Positions 1 through 9,747 of a stretch of DNA of 64,000 nucleotides are shown piece by piece. The stretch comes from an uncultured bacterium (GTDB taxonomy: Bacteria; Acidobacteriota; HRBIN11; JAKEFK01): assembly GCA_963777505.1 (NCBI GenBank), contig CAVZQN010000004.1, positions 1,504,001 through 1,568,000 on the forward strand. The letters run 5' to 3'. The notes under the pieces are model-generated. The model ran no database searches. It worked only from the letters and a program-made list of their open reading frames with translations, and was not told where the DNA came from. Numbering within the stretch: position 1 is the stretch's first letter; each line of letters starts with the position of its first letter. A program made the translations under genes and the position numbers.

Positions 1-330
1 ATCTTCTCCGTGATTTCCTTCAGTACCCGAGAGGCCGAAAATGCGTTCCTTTAGAATTGCATCGCGCCCATTCCAAAGTGATAATGCAAAACAAATTTTT
101 TGATGACGATCTGATAAGCCTGCAATTCCATCTTCATTCCAGCGGTAGCTACGCGAACGTGCATGATCATGCGGAAAATAATTCCATACGATTCCTTCAG
201 CGCTGTAATCCTCGCGAACTGTTCCCCATGCGCGCTCACTGAGATAAGGTCCCCAGCGTTTCCAATGCTCCTTTCGGTTTTCAGATGCTTCCAGTCTTCT
301 TTCTTCTTCCGTTAGTTTTCGTTCAATCAT
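1..330 (-). CDS. Glucosidase, GH63/MGH1-like family (N-terminal part; gene runs off window start)
   Basis: Not in the ORF track. Manual translation from ATG at 330: [43 protein letters not shown]...[15 protein letters not shown]...[18 protein letters not shown], the conserved N-terminus of this family. Confidence 0.85.
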   Translation of the reverse strand, partial: MIERKLTEEERRLEASENRKEHWKRWGPYLSERAWGTVREDYSAEGIVWNYFPHDHARSRSYRWNEDGIAGLSDRHQKICFALSLWNGRDAILKERIFGLSGTEGNHGED

Positions 331-397
331 TTTTTACCGATCCGTCATAATTTTCAGCGAGGCTCAGCCGGCCAGTGGCCAGCGTTACAAAACCGAT

Positions 398-937
398 TCA
401 GTACGTTACGCCGCCTGAAACAACAAACGCCATTACTTTTGCGCTTTCAGCATTTAGGGAGCGTACAGAACTTTTTGGATACAAAATCAGATTTCCCGCA
501 AAATTGTAGGATTGCGGAAAATAAATGGCGACTTCATTTTGGAGATCGAATTGTTCAAGCGATTCCCGCGTCATAAAACCAATTGCCATAACACCGCTGC
601 CAGGAATCAGTTCGACAACGACTGGCCTATCGAATCTTTTCCGTTCGCCAACAAAAGCAGTCATGATGTCTTTTACCGATGAATGAAGGAGCTTAACGAA
701 CGGTAAGCGGTTCAGAATAGACTCAAGAAATCGAAGCAAGCTTCGTGTTAGGAAATTTGAAGCGAGAAAGCCAACGAGTGTTATTCCGGTCAGAATAACA
801 AGGAATCCTGCGCCTGCCCAAGGGAGGGGTAACCAGTTGTCTACTATTACGAAAGCCTTGTAAATTACATACACCGTTATGGCAACAGGGACGACAAAAA
901 TGAGACCTTCGAAAAAGTACCGTACAATCCGCTTCAT
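398..937 (-). CDS. DUF502 family membrane protein
   Basis: 179 aa, two N-terminal TM segments, LPFVKLLHSSVKD, RFDRPVVV, FVVSGGV terminus. Confidence 0.85.
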   Translation of the reverse strand: MKRIVRYFFEGLIFVVPVAITVYVIYKAFVIVDNWLPLPWAGAGFLVILTGITLVGFLASNFLTRSLLRFLESILNRLPFVKLLHSSVKDIMTAFVGERKRFDRPVVVELIPGSGVMAIGFMTRESLEQFDLQNEVAIYFPQSYNFAGNLILYPKSSVRSLNAESAKVMAFVVSGGVTY

Positions 938-990
938 GCTTCCTCCATCAAATATCGTCCTCGCAAACTACTCACGAGGCGCCGAATAAC

Positions 991-999
991 TGCTATAAT
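991..999 (+). promoter_or_regulatory. Extended -10 promoter element (TGnTATAAT)
   Basis: TGCTATAAT about 20 nt upstream of the ATG at 1021. Confidence 0.55.
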
Positions 1000-1020
1000 A
1001 AGGAATTTTGAGGGGTGACC

Positions 1021-2178
1021 ATGAGGCTCCATAACTTATTAGCAGCAGCCGTAATAACTCTCGTTTTCTGTCAGCTAGCCTATTCAAAAGAATGGTATCA
1101 GTTTTATGAAGATGGGAAAAAGGCCGTTGAAAAGAACAATTGTGCCGAAGGAACCAAGGCGCTTAAGGAAGCTATTCAGAAAAATCCCAAAGCAGATTTA
1201 AAAGCCAGACCCTATGGAACGATTCCATGGGAATATATTCCGCATTTTTATCTTGCAAAATGTGCTGTCCAAAGTGGCGACTACGCGGCTGCTGAAATGT
1301 ACATTGAAGAAGCGAAGAAAATCGACATGTTCTCTTCGTCAAAAGCCACGGAATTTCGAACGATGGTTAAAACTGTTCAAGATAATCTCAAGTCGCGTCC
1401 AACTGGAAATCAAATAGCACAGAACCAAAATCAAAATACAAATCCCAATCCCAATCCACCCGTGACTCAACCAAACATCACGAAACCGCCTGTAACCACA
1501 AACCCTTCGGTCGCTCCGAATGCTGAAGCCACAAAATTGGCAGCGATTAATCGAACTTTAGATGAGGCTCAATCAGCGTATGCGTCGGGTGATTATGATG
1601 AAGCACGAAATGCAGCGAATCGTGTGTTGATGCTAGATCGAAATAATCGTGAAGCTAATAGATTATTGTCACAGATTTCAAGCAAGGAAGGCGCAGAATT
1701 AGCGTCGCAGGCAAAAAAGCAAAAAATTGATGAAGTCAGACGCGCTATGAATCGTGGAGATCTGAGTGTTGCGGAAAGTTCGATCATTCAATTGCGCTCC
1801 GAATATCCAGGGGATCGTACAATTGAATCATTGGCGAATGAAATTCAACAAAAACGCTCATCACAAATGCAGAGTATGGGTGAAGCGGCAAAGCGTAAAG
1901 ATAATGAACGTCAGGTAATTCGAGCCTACTTCGAAGGTAAATATGTAGCCGCTGAACAATTTGCAGATACGTATCTATCCGAATATCCGAATAGCTGGAG
2001 GCTTCATTTCTATAAGGGATGTGCTCTTGCTGCACAAGGACTTACGGATCAAAATAATAAAGAATCCAGATTGGCACTGGCGCGTGCAGCGTTTCGTAAA
2101 GCACGCCAGAGCGGAGGGGATATCAAACAGCCACCTGAGGTTTCACCAAAAATTTGGGACATTTATAGAAATTCGTAA
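1021..2178 (+). CDS. Exported TPR-repeat protein with N/Q/P-rich linker
   Basis: Signal-peptide-like N-terminus, several TPR-like helical repeats, low-complexity linker; GAGGGG before ATG 1021 (ORF track starts at GTG 1015). Confidence 0.75.
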   Translation: MRLHNLLAAAVITLVFCQLAYSKEWYQFYEDGKKAVEKNNCAEGTKALKEAIQKNPKADLKARPYGTIPWEYIPHFYLAKCAVQSGDYAAAEMYIEEAKKIDMFSSSKATEFRTMVKTVQDNLKSRPTGNQIAQNQNQNTNPNPNPPVTQPNITKPPVTTNPSVAPNAEATKLAAINRTLDEAQSAYASGDYDEARNAANRVLMLDRNNREANRLLSQISSKEGAELASQAKKQKIDEVRRAMNRGDLSVAESSIIQLRSEYPGDRTIESLANEIQQKRSSQMQSMGEAAKRKDNERQVIRAYFEGKYVAAEQFADTYLSEYPNSWRLHFYKGCALAAQGLTDQNNKESRLALARAAFRKARQSGGDIKQPPEVSPKIWDIYRNS

Positions 2179-2190
2179 GAGGGGAACTGA

Positions 2191-4983
2191 ATGATCTGTC
2201 AGAAATGCGGAACTTCGATCCGTGAGGATGCGAAATTCTGTGCCAATTGTGGAACACCTGCAGGCCAGCCTGAAGTCGACCCTCGTCTATATGGAATTGA
2301 GAAAGCTCTCAATTTCAAATACAAAATCATCAAAAAAATTGGTGTTGGTGGATTTGCCGAAGTCTATCTCGGTGAACATACACAACTCGGACGACAAGTT
2401 GCGATCAAAATTCTAAGGCATGGTTTTGCCGGCGAAGATGAAATGATCGAACGATTTCGCCGTGAATCAAAATCTGCTGCAAAACTCTCCCATCCAAACA
2501 TCATCGACATTTATGATGTCGGCGAGAATGACGGTACTTATTACTTCGTTATGAAGTATGTTGAAGGCGAAACCCTGGGAAAGAAGATGCAGCGCGATCG
2601 TAAAGTCGCACCGCAAGAAGCTGTCTCTATCATTAAACAAGTTGCGGATGCGCTTGCATATGCACACGATCATGATGTTATTCATCGTGACATTAAGCCA
2701 GCGAATGTAATGCTGGATCAATACAAGAAACCAATATTAATGGATTTTGGAATCGCTCGCGTTCAATTCGAAGGCAATCTTACAAAAACGGGCACACTGA
2801 TGGGCACGCCTCATTACTTGCCGCCCGAACAACCATTAGGACGTCCTGTGGATGGGCGCAGTGATACGTATAGTCTCGGCATCATGTTTTATGAAATGCT
2901 GGCTGGAAGACCGCCATTTCATGATGAAAATTCCGTAACGCTGATTTTCAAGCATATCAACGAAGCCCCTCCTCCGCTCATTGATGCAAATCCAGAGCTG
3001 GCTCCGGAATTGTGCAGCGTCGTTCATAAGATGATTGAAAAGCTTCCAGAGAATCGCCATCAAACTGCGTCTGAAGTTGTCGATGCATTGGATGCATTAT
3101 CAGATTTGTATCCAATGAACACTCCAACATCAGGACGTGGTGGTCGTACAAGTGGAGGATCCACACGCAATACAGACCAGCTTTTGCAGCTTGCAAAAGA
3201 CAATTTGGAACTGCAGAAATTTGATAAGGCGATTGAGATTTATGCAACGATCGTCAAACGTGATCCTGAAAATCCTGTCGCAAAACAGGCAGTAGACGAT
3301 ATGTCATCGATTCTGGTCGATAGAATGCAAAAACATGTCGATGGTCACCAGTTTACTGAAGCAAGAATGATGTTAACGCAGCTCACAAAATTGCCGGGCG
3401 GTTCAGATGCAGCTTCTGAAATGAGAGTAGCTCTTGAGAGTGCTGAGCAAAGTCATGCAAAGGAATCCGAATTTCGAAATCATTTGAATGCTGCAAAAGT
3501 AGCTTTAGATCACGAAAATGCATCGGGCGCAATCGATAAACTTACGAAGGCATTGATCGTTGATCCTGCGAATCATGAAGCGCAAACAATGCTGAAACAT
3601 GCGCGAGCGCTGTATGAGTCCAATCGACAGAAAGCTGAATATGCTAATGCGTATTCCGAAGCGGAATATTACTTCGAGAAAAGTTCCTATGATCAAGCTC
3701 TCATTGCCGTCCGCAAGGCACTCGACATTGAAAATGATCCACAAGCAGTCGAAATGCATGACAGGATTCAGGCTGCCCAAAAAGAAAAAGCCTACAAGCA
3801 ATCTGAACAAGAAAGAATTCTTGCCGATGTCGATCAATTGTGTGAAAGCTTGGATTTTGACGGCGCACTGGATGTTTTGAACAAAGCCAAACAGGATTTA
3901 CCGGTTTTTGTTGAATCCAAGACTCGTGTTGTGGATCGCAACCACAATTTGTACCTGCAATTTGCACGAGCCAAAGAGAGTTTTCAATCGCGGTCCTGGG
4001 TAGATGCTGTAGAGCTATTCAGTGAATTTTTGGAGAAAAAACCTCCATATGATTTCCAGGTCTTTTATGGTTTACGCAAGGAAGCCGAAGAATCATTGAA
4101 GCTTGCTGAAAAAGAATCATCAATGGTAGATGCCGGCACTGAAAAGCGTAACAAACAAGCGATCAGTGCGCGTTTGAAAAGTGTAGATACTTTTCTGCGC
4201 ATGGGACAGTATGAACAAGCAAAACAGGAGTGTTTAGGGATCTTAAAAACATATCCTGGAGATGCTGAAGCCGAAAAGAAGTTGAAAGAGATTGAAGCAG
4301 TTCTCGCGCCGGCAAAAATTGATACAGATGAAATAAAAAAGATGGCGAAGGGTACTCCGGAGTATTCAAGCCAGACAGTTCAAGTGCCTGTACCTTCCGG
4401 ACGCGTACCGGTGGTGCCTCCAGCTCCTCCACCTCCACCTCGGCGCGCCGAACGGAAAACTCCAGCACCACAAGCTCCCGTGCCGGCCACAAAACCTGTT
4501 CCACCATCTCCAAAAGTTGCAGATCCCGTTCAACGATCAGTAGAAGCAACCGAGCCACGTTCCTTCCCGTTGAATTTTGTTCTCGGTGGTGTTGGTGTGC
4601 TGCTGTTAGTTGGCTTTCTCGCAATTTTTCTCTGGCCCCGCGATAAGGATGTGCCAGAAAATACAACGACAACCGTACCGACCGGACCTCCGAAAACTGA
4701 CCCAACAACCAATGTTCCGCCTGTGATTCCTACAATCAGTGTATCCATTGATGTCCTTCCATGGGCAAAGGTAAATATTTCAGGCGGAGGGTTAAAGGAA
4801 AGTATTACAGATACAACTCCAGCCATCATTTCACTGCCTCCAGGAAGATACGTTTTTGTATTTGAAAATCCGGATCTTCGAACATTTAAAGAAGAAGTCG
4901 ACGTCAATGAAAACAGCCGCAGCTTCAACTTCGCATTTCGTGACTTTGATGCTGGAAAAGTTGCTGACTCCCTCGTAGAATAG
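2191..4983 (+). CDS. Membrane Ser/Thr protein kinase (zinc ribbon-kinase-TPR-Pro-rich-TM-small beta domain)
   Basis: CxxC...CxxC N-terminus; GVGGFAEVY, VAIK, HRDIKPAN, DFG, GTPHYLPPE all intact; TPRs; one TM helix near residue 800. Confidence 0.92.
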   Translation: MICQKCGTSIREDAKFCANCGTPAGQPEVDPRLYGIEKALNFKYKIIKKIGVGGFAEVYLGEHTQLGRQVAIKILRHGFAGEDEMIERFRRESKSAAKLSHPNIIDIYDVGENDGTYYFVMKYVEGETLGKKMQRDRKVAPQEAVSIIKQVADALAYAHDHDVIHRDIKPANVMLDQYKKPILMDFGIARVQFEGNLTKTGTLMGTPHYLPPEQPLGRPVDGRSDTYSLGIMFYEMLAGRPPFHDENSVTLIFKHINEAPPPLIDANPELAPELCSVVHKMIEKLPENRHQTASEVVDALDALSDLYPMNTPTSGRGGRTSGGSTRNTDQLLQLAKDNLELQKFDKAIEIYATIVKRDPENPVAKQAVDDMSSILVDRMQKHVDGHQFTEARMMLTQLTKLPGGSDAASEMRVALESAEQSHAKESEFRNHLNAAKVALDHENASGAIDKLTKALIVDPANHEAQTMLKHARALYESNRQKAEYANAYSEAEYYFEKSSYDQALIAVRKALDIENDPQAVEMHDRIQAAQKEKAYKQSEQERILADVDQLCESLDFDGALDVLNKAKQDLPVFVESKTRVVDRNHNLYLQFARAKESFQSRSWVDAVELFSEFLEKKPPYDFQVFYGLRKEAEESLKLAEKESSMVDAGTEKRNKQAISARLKSVDTFLRMGQYEQAKQECLGILKTYPGDAEAEKKLKEIEAVLAPAKIDTDEIKKMAKGTPEYSSQTVQVPVPSGRVPVVPPAPPPPPRRAERKTPAPQAPVPATKPVPPSPKVADPVQRSVEATEPRSFPLNFVLGGVGVLLLVGFLAIFLWPRDKDVPENTTTTVPTGPPKTDPTTNVPPVIPTISVSIDVLPWAKVNISGGGLKESITDTTPAIISLPPGRYVFVFENPDLRTFKEEVDVNENSRSFNFAFRDFDAGKVADSLVE

Positions 4984-5004
4984 TCGTAACAGTTTTGCAA
5001 ACCT

Positions 5005-5475
5005 ATGAATCGTTTCACGTTCTTTTTGTTGTGTCTTTTTCTTTCTGTAACAGCTTCTGTATTCGGAATTGAATCTGGTATCAACGTTTATGGCTTTTCG
5101 TATCATCCGGAACGAACCGATTCACAAGGAAATGGATTTCAAGAATGGAATCCAGGTGTGGGTTATCATGCAACATTACGAGAAACACATCACTCCATTC
5201 TTTTTGCGGATGCGGGAGTATTTTTAAATTCGCTGAGCAGTCCCACTTTGTTTTCCGCGGCGGGGGCTGAGTTAAAAATTCATAACGGAATAAGCGCTGG
5301 ACTATTTGGCGCTCTTATTTACAGCCGTGCTTACAATTTCGGAAAGCCTATCGTGGCTCCGCTCCCATCTTTATCGTTTCGGCACGGTCAATTCAGATTT
5401 AATGCGACATACTTTCCAAAGTACAAGCAGAATGAAAATGCAGCATTCGGCTTTTCGTTCACCTGGTTTCCATAA
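5005..5475 (+). CDS. Small outer-membrane beta-barrel protein, PagP-like
   Basis: Signal peptide, SYH...QEWNPGVG motif, alternating beta-strand pattern, aromatic C-terminus. Confidence 0.55.
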   Translation: MNRFTFFLLCLFLSVTASVFGIESGINVYGFSYHPERTDSQGNGFQEWNPGVGYHATLRETHHSILFADAGVFLNSLSSPTLFSAAGAELKIHNGISAGLFGALIYSRAYNFGKPIVAPLPSLSFRHGQFRFNATYFPKYKQNENAAFGFSFTWFP

Positions 5476-5502
5476 CACTACTCTGCTGTCCAAGGAGTGA
5501 AG

Positions 5503-6315
5503 ATGAAGTTCTATGTGAGTCTCATAGCGTTCCTATTCATCCATTCGTCTGCTTTTGCGGAAGTTTCTTCATCCGTTTCGATGTTTCAATATCACCCTGA
5601 ACGGATCAAGGTAGGTACCGTGTATCACTATACAAAATCAAATTTGGATGGAACAAAGCCGGCAACAGTTTCGATATACATCAAAGCAGCTGATACTCTT
5701 GAAGTCTATAAAGCCGAAGAGGAAGTCATCGATGCGGCTCACATCATCGCAAAAATGGACTGGACATCATTTTCAGCGTCTGAGTTAGATTCAGGTCATC
5801 TACTTAAAGATGGAACTCGCAAGCCTGTAGCAACTCTGACACTTTCAAAGGCAGACAATACGCTTCAAGTCCGGATCAAGGATCAAAATGGCAGCACAGC
5901 AATCAATCATTATCCGGTACACATCTACAACTTTGATTTCATCAGCTTCAATTACATACTCCGCCATCTAAAGGATCCAACAAAAACTTTTGAGATTGGG
6001 ATCGCTGATCCGATTTTTCAAGGCGAAGGATTGATCAAATACAAAGGGAAAGTAAAAATTGAATTCGCCGGCGAAGCTCCGTGTCATCAAACAACATGCC
6101 GCAAATACAGAATTACCGGCGAACCATTTGGTGACAAAGAAGGTTTCATGTGGGTAAATAAAAAGGAAGGCTATGCTGAGAACATAGAAGTCCCCGTTCC
6201 GGACAATCCTGATTGGAACAGTTTTAAGTTTGAATTGAAAAAGGTTGAGCAAATGACGCCGGCACAATGGGAGACTTATAAGAAAAACAACATTGGCCGA
6301 AAACCGTATCCTTAG
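5503..6315 (+). CDS. Exported hypothetical protein
   Basis: About 270 aa, signal peptide ending AFA, AAGGAG before ATG 5503. Confidence 0.75.
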   Translation: MKFYVSLIAFLFIHSSAFAEVSSSVSMFQYHPERIKVGTVYHYTKSNLDGTKPATVSIYIKAADTLEVYKAEEEVIDAAHIIAKMDWTSFSASELDSGHLLKDGTRKPVATLTLSKADNTLQVRIKDQNGSTAINHYPVHIYNFDFISFNYILRHLKDPTKTFEIGIADPIFQGEGLIKYKGKVKIEFAGEAPCHQTTCRKYRITGEPFGDKEGFMWVNKKEGYAENIEVPVPDNPDWNSFKFELKKVEQMTPAQWETYKKNNIGRKPYP

Positions 6316-6326
6316 TGTCTTTGCGG

Positions 6327-7671
6327 TTAAAACAAAAATAGATACGCAAGGAGCATTGCGGCAGCGGCACCAACGAGTGTGTTCATAAAGTTAATAATTT
6401 CATTATCAACAATCTTCATTTGTTCCAACGTTGCGCCAAGATAACTTTCAACAGTCGTCCCGATAAATCCAGCAACAACACAGATCCATCCGATCGTAAT
6501 ATTAATGGAGCCTAGCAAGATTCCGATACCGCATAGCACTGCGGATGCAACGATTCCTGCGAAGGTTCCTTCAAGCGAAACTGCACCTTCAGTTCCCACC
6601 GGAACGGGACGCAAAGTTGTAATCAGGATTGGATGTTTGCCAAGCACCTGACCAATTTCGCTGCTGACCGTATCTGCAGCTGCAGTAGCGAACGCTCCGA
6701 AAAATCCAGCAATAAAAATCAGTCCCTTATTTTCGGGAGAGAGCATCGCCAGAATCGCCAGGAATGCTCCCACAGAACAATTTGCCACTGCATTTTTCCA
6801 GCCTCTCGCGCCGCCTTTCTCTTGTGCAACTCCCATCGCTTTTTTGCGGGAGTATCCAAACTTGGTTGATGCTGATCCAAGAAAAAAGAACGTGAACAGA
6901 ATTATGAAAAGTTGATAACCACCAAATGTGTAAATTGTTGTTCCGATTAGTAACCCGCTAGCAAAGCCTGAAAAATTTACCATTCGTGCCGCGAAGGATG
7001 CGCCTGCCAAAGCTAGATTGATTGCAAAGCCCCACATGAAATTATGCAAAATTTGATCTTGATTTATGAAAACCAAGCTCGGATCGATTTGATTCAAGGC
7101 CAGCATAAAGAAGCCGGCGGAAATAGGAACTGTGAGATTATCGTTTAATCCGGAAGGAACTGTTTCAATCAGCGCTGCAAGTAATGTTGCAAGTACAGGG
7201 AATCATGATTCCATACCAAATCAAAGGTTCCGGGATCGTCTTCCTGATCCAGAATGTAAAGAACACAGCAGCTGCGCTGCCGAAAATAAAAAAAGCAATC
7301 GAACCTGCATAACTCCGCTCTGTGTTCCAGGGAATTTTTGCCGTTCCATACTTCTTTCCAACAAGCGATGCCATGCCGTCACCCCATGCCATGATTCCCC
7401 AGGCAGCGCCAACAATGTAAAGGTGATGTGGAAGTAATAAAATCAGAACTAAAACCGAAAAGGGATATAAAAGGATTCCAATTGGATAGCCACGCTGATG
7501 ATCATCATCTCGATATAAATGTTTTCCCCCAACTCGCGGCAAAATCAGAAAATTAAAGATGAATGCACAAAGAGCAATCAGGGCGCTCTGCCACCAGTTC
7601 AACCATCGTAAAAGAAATGCAAAGCCACTGGATCCAATGTGAACAGCCTTCCTCTTCAGTTCCGAATTCAT
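6327..7671 (-). CDS. Phytol/dolichol-kinase-like (CTP-dependent) domain fused to DUF92 (VTE6-like) domain; split by a +1 frameshift near 7198-7200
   Basis: 5' ORF has ELKRKAVH, WGDGMASLVG and RSYAGS. Removing one G from GGG at 7198-7200 gives IPVLATLLAALIETVPSGLNDNLTVP in frame with the DUF92 ORF (RGWKNAVAN, ADTVSSEIG, VPVGTEGAVSLEG). Confidence 0.8.
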
Positions 7672-7705
7672 GGAATTATTTTCACCACAAAGACGCAAAG
7701 ATTAC

Positions 7706-8695
7706 TTAATTTTTTACGTAGCCTTCGTTCTTGAGCCAGCCGATCATTTCGATTAAGCCATCTTTTAAAGATGTGATTGAGTAACCCAATTCATTAATTG
7801 CACGACTACTGTCATAAGCCCAGCTCAGTTTATAAATTTCGACAACTTCGTGAGTCAAGAGTGAAGGCTCGCGTCCGAATATTTTCGCAAGCAAATATTC
7901 TCCGTAACCTGCCATCTTGGCCATGCTGAATGGCATGTTCATCGCTGGCGGTTTTTTCCCCGTTACTTCGTGCACAGTCTTGTAAAAGGATTCACCTGTA
8001 TGATTCTCGCCCCCAAGAATATAACGATTTGAAGGCGGAGTGTTTTCGATGACTTTAACAAAACCATTGACAACATCCTGAACAAAAACGTAAGACCATG
8101 CTTTGAGCGGCAATCCAAAAGGCATCTTTCCATTCAAGAAAGGAATGAGATTTTTTGCAACAATATTTCCATACGTTAAATTTCCGGGTCCATAAATAAC
8201 GGCTGGATACAATATGTATAACGGAAATCCTTCTTGTTGAAGTTTCCTCGCTTTTTGATCGGCCAGATATTTTGTTCGCTCATAATCATTGTGCAAAACA
8301 TTGCTGCGGCGCGCATCATCTTCTTTCAACAGTGTTCCATTGGAAGGTCCAAGCGCGATAAATGAAGATGCGTAAATGAATTTCTGGATGCCTGCGTCGG
8401 CTGACATACGGATCGCCTTTTCAGTTGCATCCACATTGACACGGTCGAATTGCGCGCTGTCACGTGCCCACATCTTTACAAGTGCGGCAATATGAACAAA
8501 TACATCTTGATCTCGCAGTGCTGACTGATACGTTACAGGGGATTCAATTTCGCCTTTGACAATCTTCACACCTTCGGGAAAGGAAAGTTTTTCCGGTGAA
8601 CGAACAAGTGTAGTAATTGCATGTCCGCGTTGGTGAAGTGTTTTTAGTAGTTCGTTGCCAAGGAAGCCGGTAGCGCCCGTCATGAAAATATTCAT
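7706..8695 (-). CDS. Extended SDR oxidoreductase, farnesol dehydrogenase (FLDH)/HpnA-like
   Basis: TGATGFLG, YERTK catalytic motif, SSFIALG, LYPAVIYGPGNLT. Confidence 0.8.
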   Translation of the reverse strand: MNIFMTGATGFLGNELLKTLHQRGHAITTLVRSPEKLSFPEGVKIVKGEIESPVTYQSALRDQDVFVHIAALVKMWARDSAQFDRVNVDATEKAIRMSADAGIQKFIYASSFIALGPSNGTLLKEDDARRSNVLHNDYERTKYLADQKARKLQQEGFPLYILYPAVIYGPGNLTYGNIVAKNLIPFLNGKMPFGLPLKAWSYVFVQDVVNGFVKVIENTPPSNRYILGGENHTGESFYKTVHEVTGKKPPAMNMPFSMAKMAGYGEYLLAKIFGREPSLLTHEVVEIYKLSWAYDSSRAINELGYSITSLKDGLIEMIGWLKNEGYVKN

Positions 8696-9663
8696 GAAAC
8701 GGAAACTCCTTGAACTTTCATTTGCCAGTATTCAAATAAATCCTTCAAAGTGGTCCGCAAATCATACATGGGCCTCCAACCTGTTTGAGTTGTCAGTTTT
8801 TCGTGGCTTCCCAGGATGAGCGGCATGTCTACCGGACGAAATAAAGCGGAGTCTATTTCTACTTGAAAAGGTTTTCCGGAAAGGTCAATCAAGAGATGGA
8901 GAACTTCTTCAATTGATGGCGCTTTTCCTGAACAGACATTGTAAGGCTCACCAGGTTCACCGCTGTTTAGGATCGTGCTATAGGCTCTCACGACATCACG
9001 GACATCAGTGAAATCGCGGCGTGCTGATAGGTTTCCAACATGAATGCGATGAGGAGGTGGCTGGCCTGTCGCTATTGCGATCTGATAGGCAAAAGCGGAA
9101 CAAACAAAAGTCTCTTTTTGCCTCGGACCTGTGTGATTAAAAGCCCTGCAAATGTATACAGGTAGTTTTTCCGCACGCGCATACTGCATACCAAGAATTT
9201 CCTGAGCGATTTTACTTACCGCATAGGGCGAAGCGGGGGAGAGTGGAAAATCTTCTTTAATCGGTTGCTTTTCAGTGGGAACAATACCGTAAGCTTCGGC
9301 GGATCCTACCAACAGAACTTTAGGAAAGGCAGTCAATGAACGGCATGCTTCAAGCAAGTTAAAAGAACCAATAAAATTTGTCTCCATCGTCGCTCTACGA
9401 TGCGTCCACGATTCATGCACATGGGCAAGCCCTGCAAGATGATAAACAACTTCAGGTTTCACCAGCCTTAGAATCTTCTTTAAACGTGAAGCCTTAAGAA
9501 TATCTTCGCGATAAATCTGAATGCGCGGATGATCTTCAAGATGTTGAACTGCATGAGTAGGATGGATGATTCCTACAATCTGCACATCCGGATCTTTCAT
9601 CAGAAGATCGACTAGGTGGCTGCCAACAAAACCAGCAAGACCCGTGATAACAACTGTTTTCAT
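8692..9663 (-). CDS. GDP-mannose 4,6-dehydratase / GDP-4-keto-6-deoxymannose reductase (Rmd)-like SDR
   Basis: TGLAGFVG, GSAEAYG, SPYAVSK, FNHTGPRQ, GNLSARRDFTDVRD. Confidence 0.85.
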   Translation of the reverse strand: MKTVVITGLAGFVGSHLVDLLMKDPDVQIVGIIHPTHAVQHLEDHPRIQIYREDILKASRLKKILRLVKPEVVYHLAGLAHVHESWTHRRATMETNFIGSFNLLEACRSLTAFPKVLLVGSAEAYGIVPTEKQPIKEDFPLSPASPYAVSKIAQEILGMQYARAEKLPVYICRAFNHTGPRQKETFVCSAFAYQIAIATGQPPPHRIHVGNLSARRDFTDVRDVVRAYSTILNSGEPGEPYNVCSGKAPSIEEVLHLLIDLSGKPFQVEIDSALFRPVDMPLILGSHEKLTTQTGWRPMYDLRTTLKDLFEYWQMKVQGVSVS

Positions 9664-9678
9664 AATCTCTGTCTCTTA

Positions 9679-9728
9679 GTAGGGGCCGCCCTTGTGGCGG
9701 CCCGGGCGACCACAAGGGTCGCCCCTAC
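9679..9728. repeat. GTAG-type REP doublet (inverted pair)
   Basis: GTAGGGGCCGCCCTTGTGGCGGCCC-GGGCGACCACAAGGGTCGCCCCTAC. Confidence 0.8.
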
Positions 9729-9747
9729 AAACTCTGCGGTTATAGAG

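Noticed and set aside
51-242. Two ~60-aa ORFs at the window start
   Set aside because: Both are alternative frames over the GH63-like gene that starts at 330 and runs off the window
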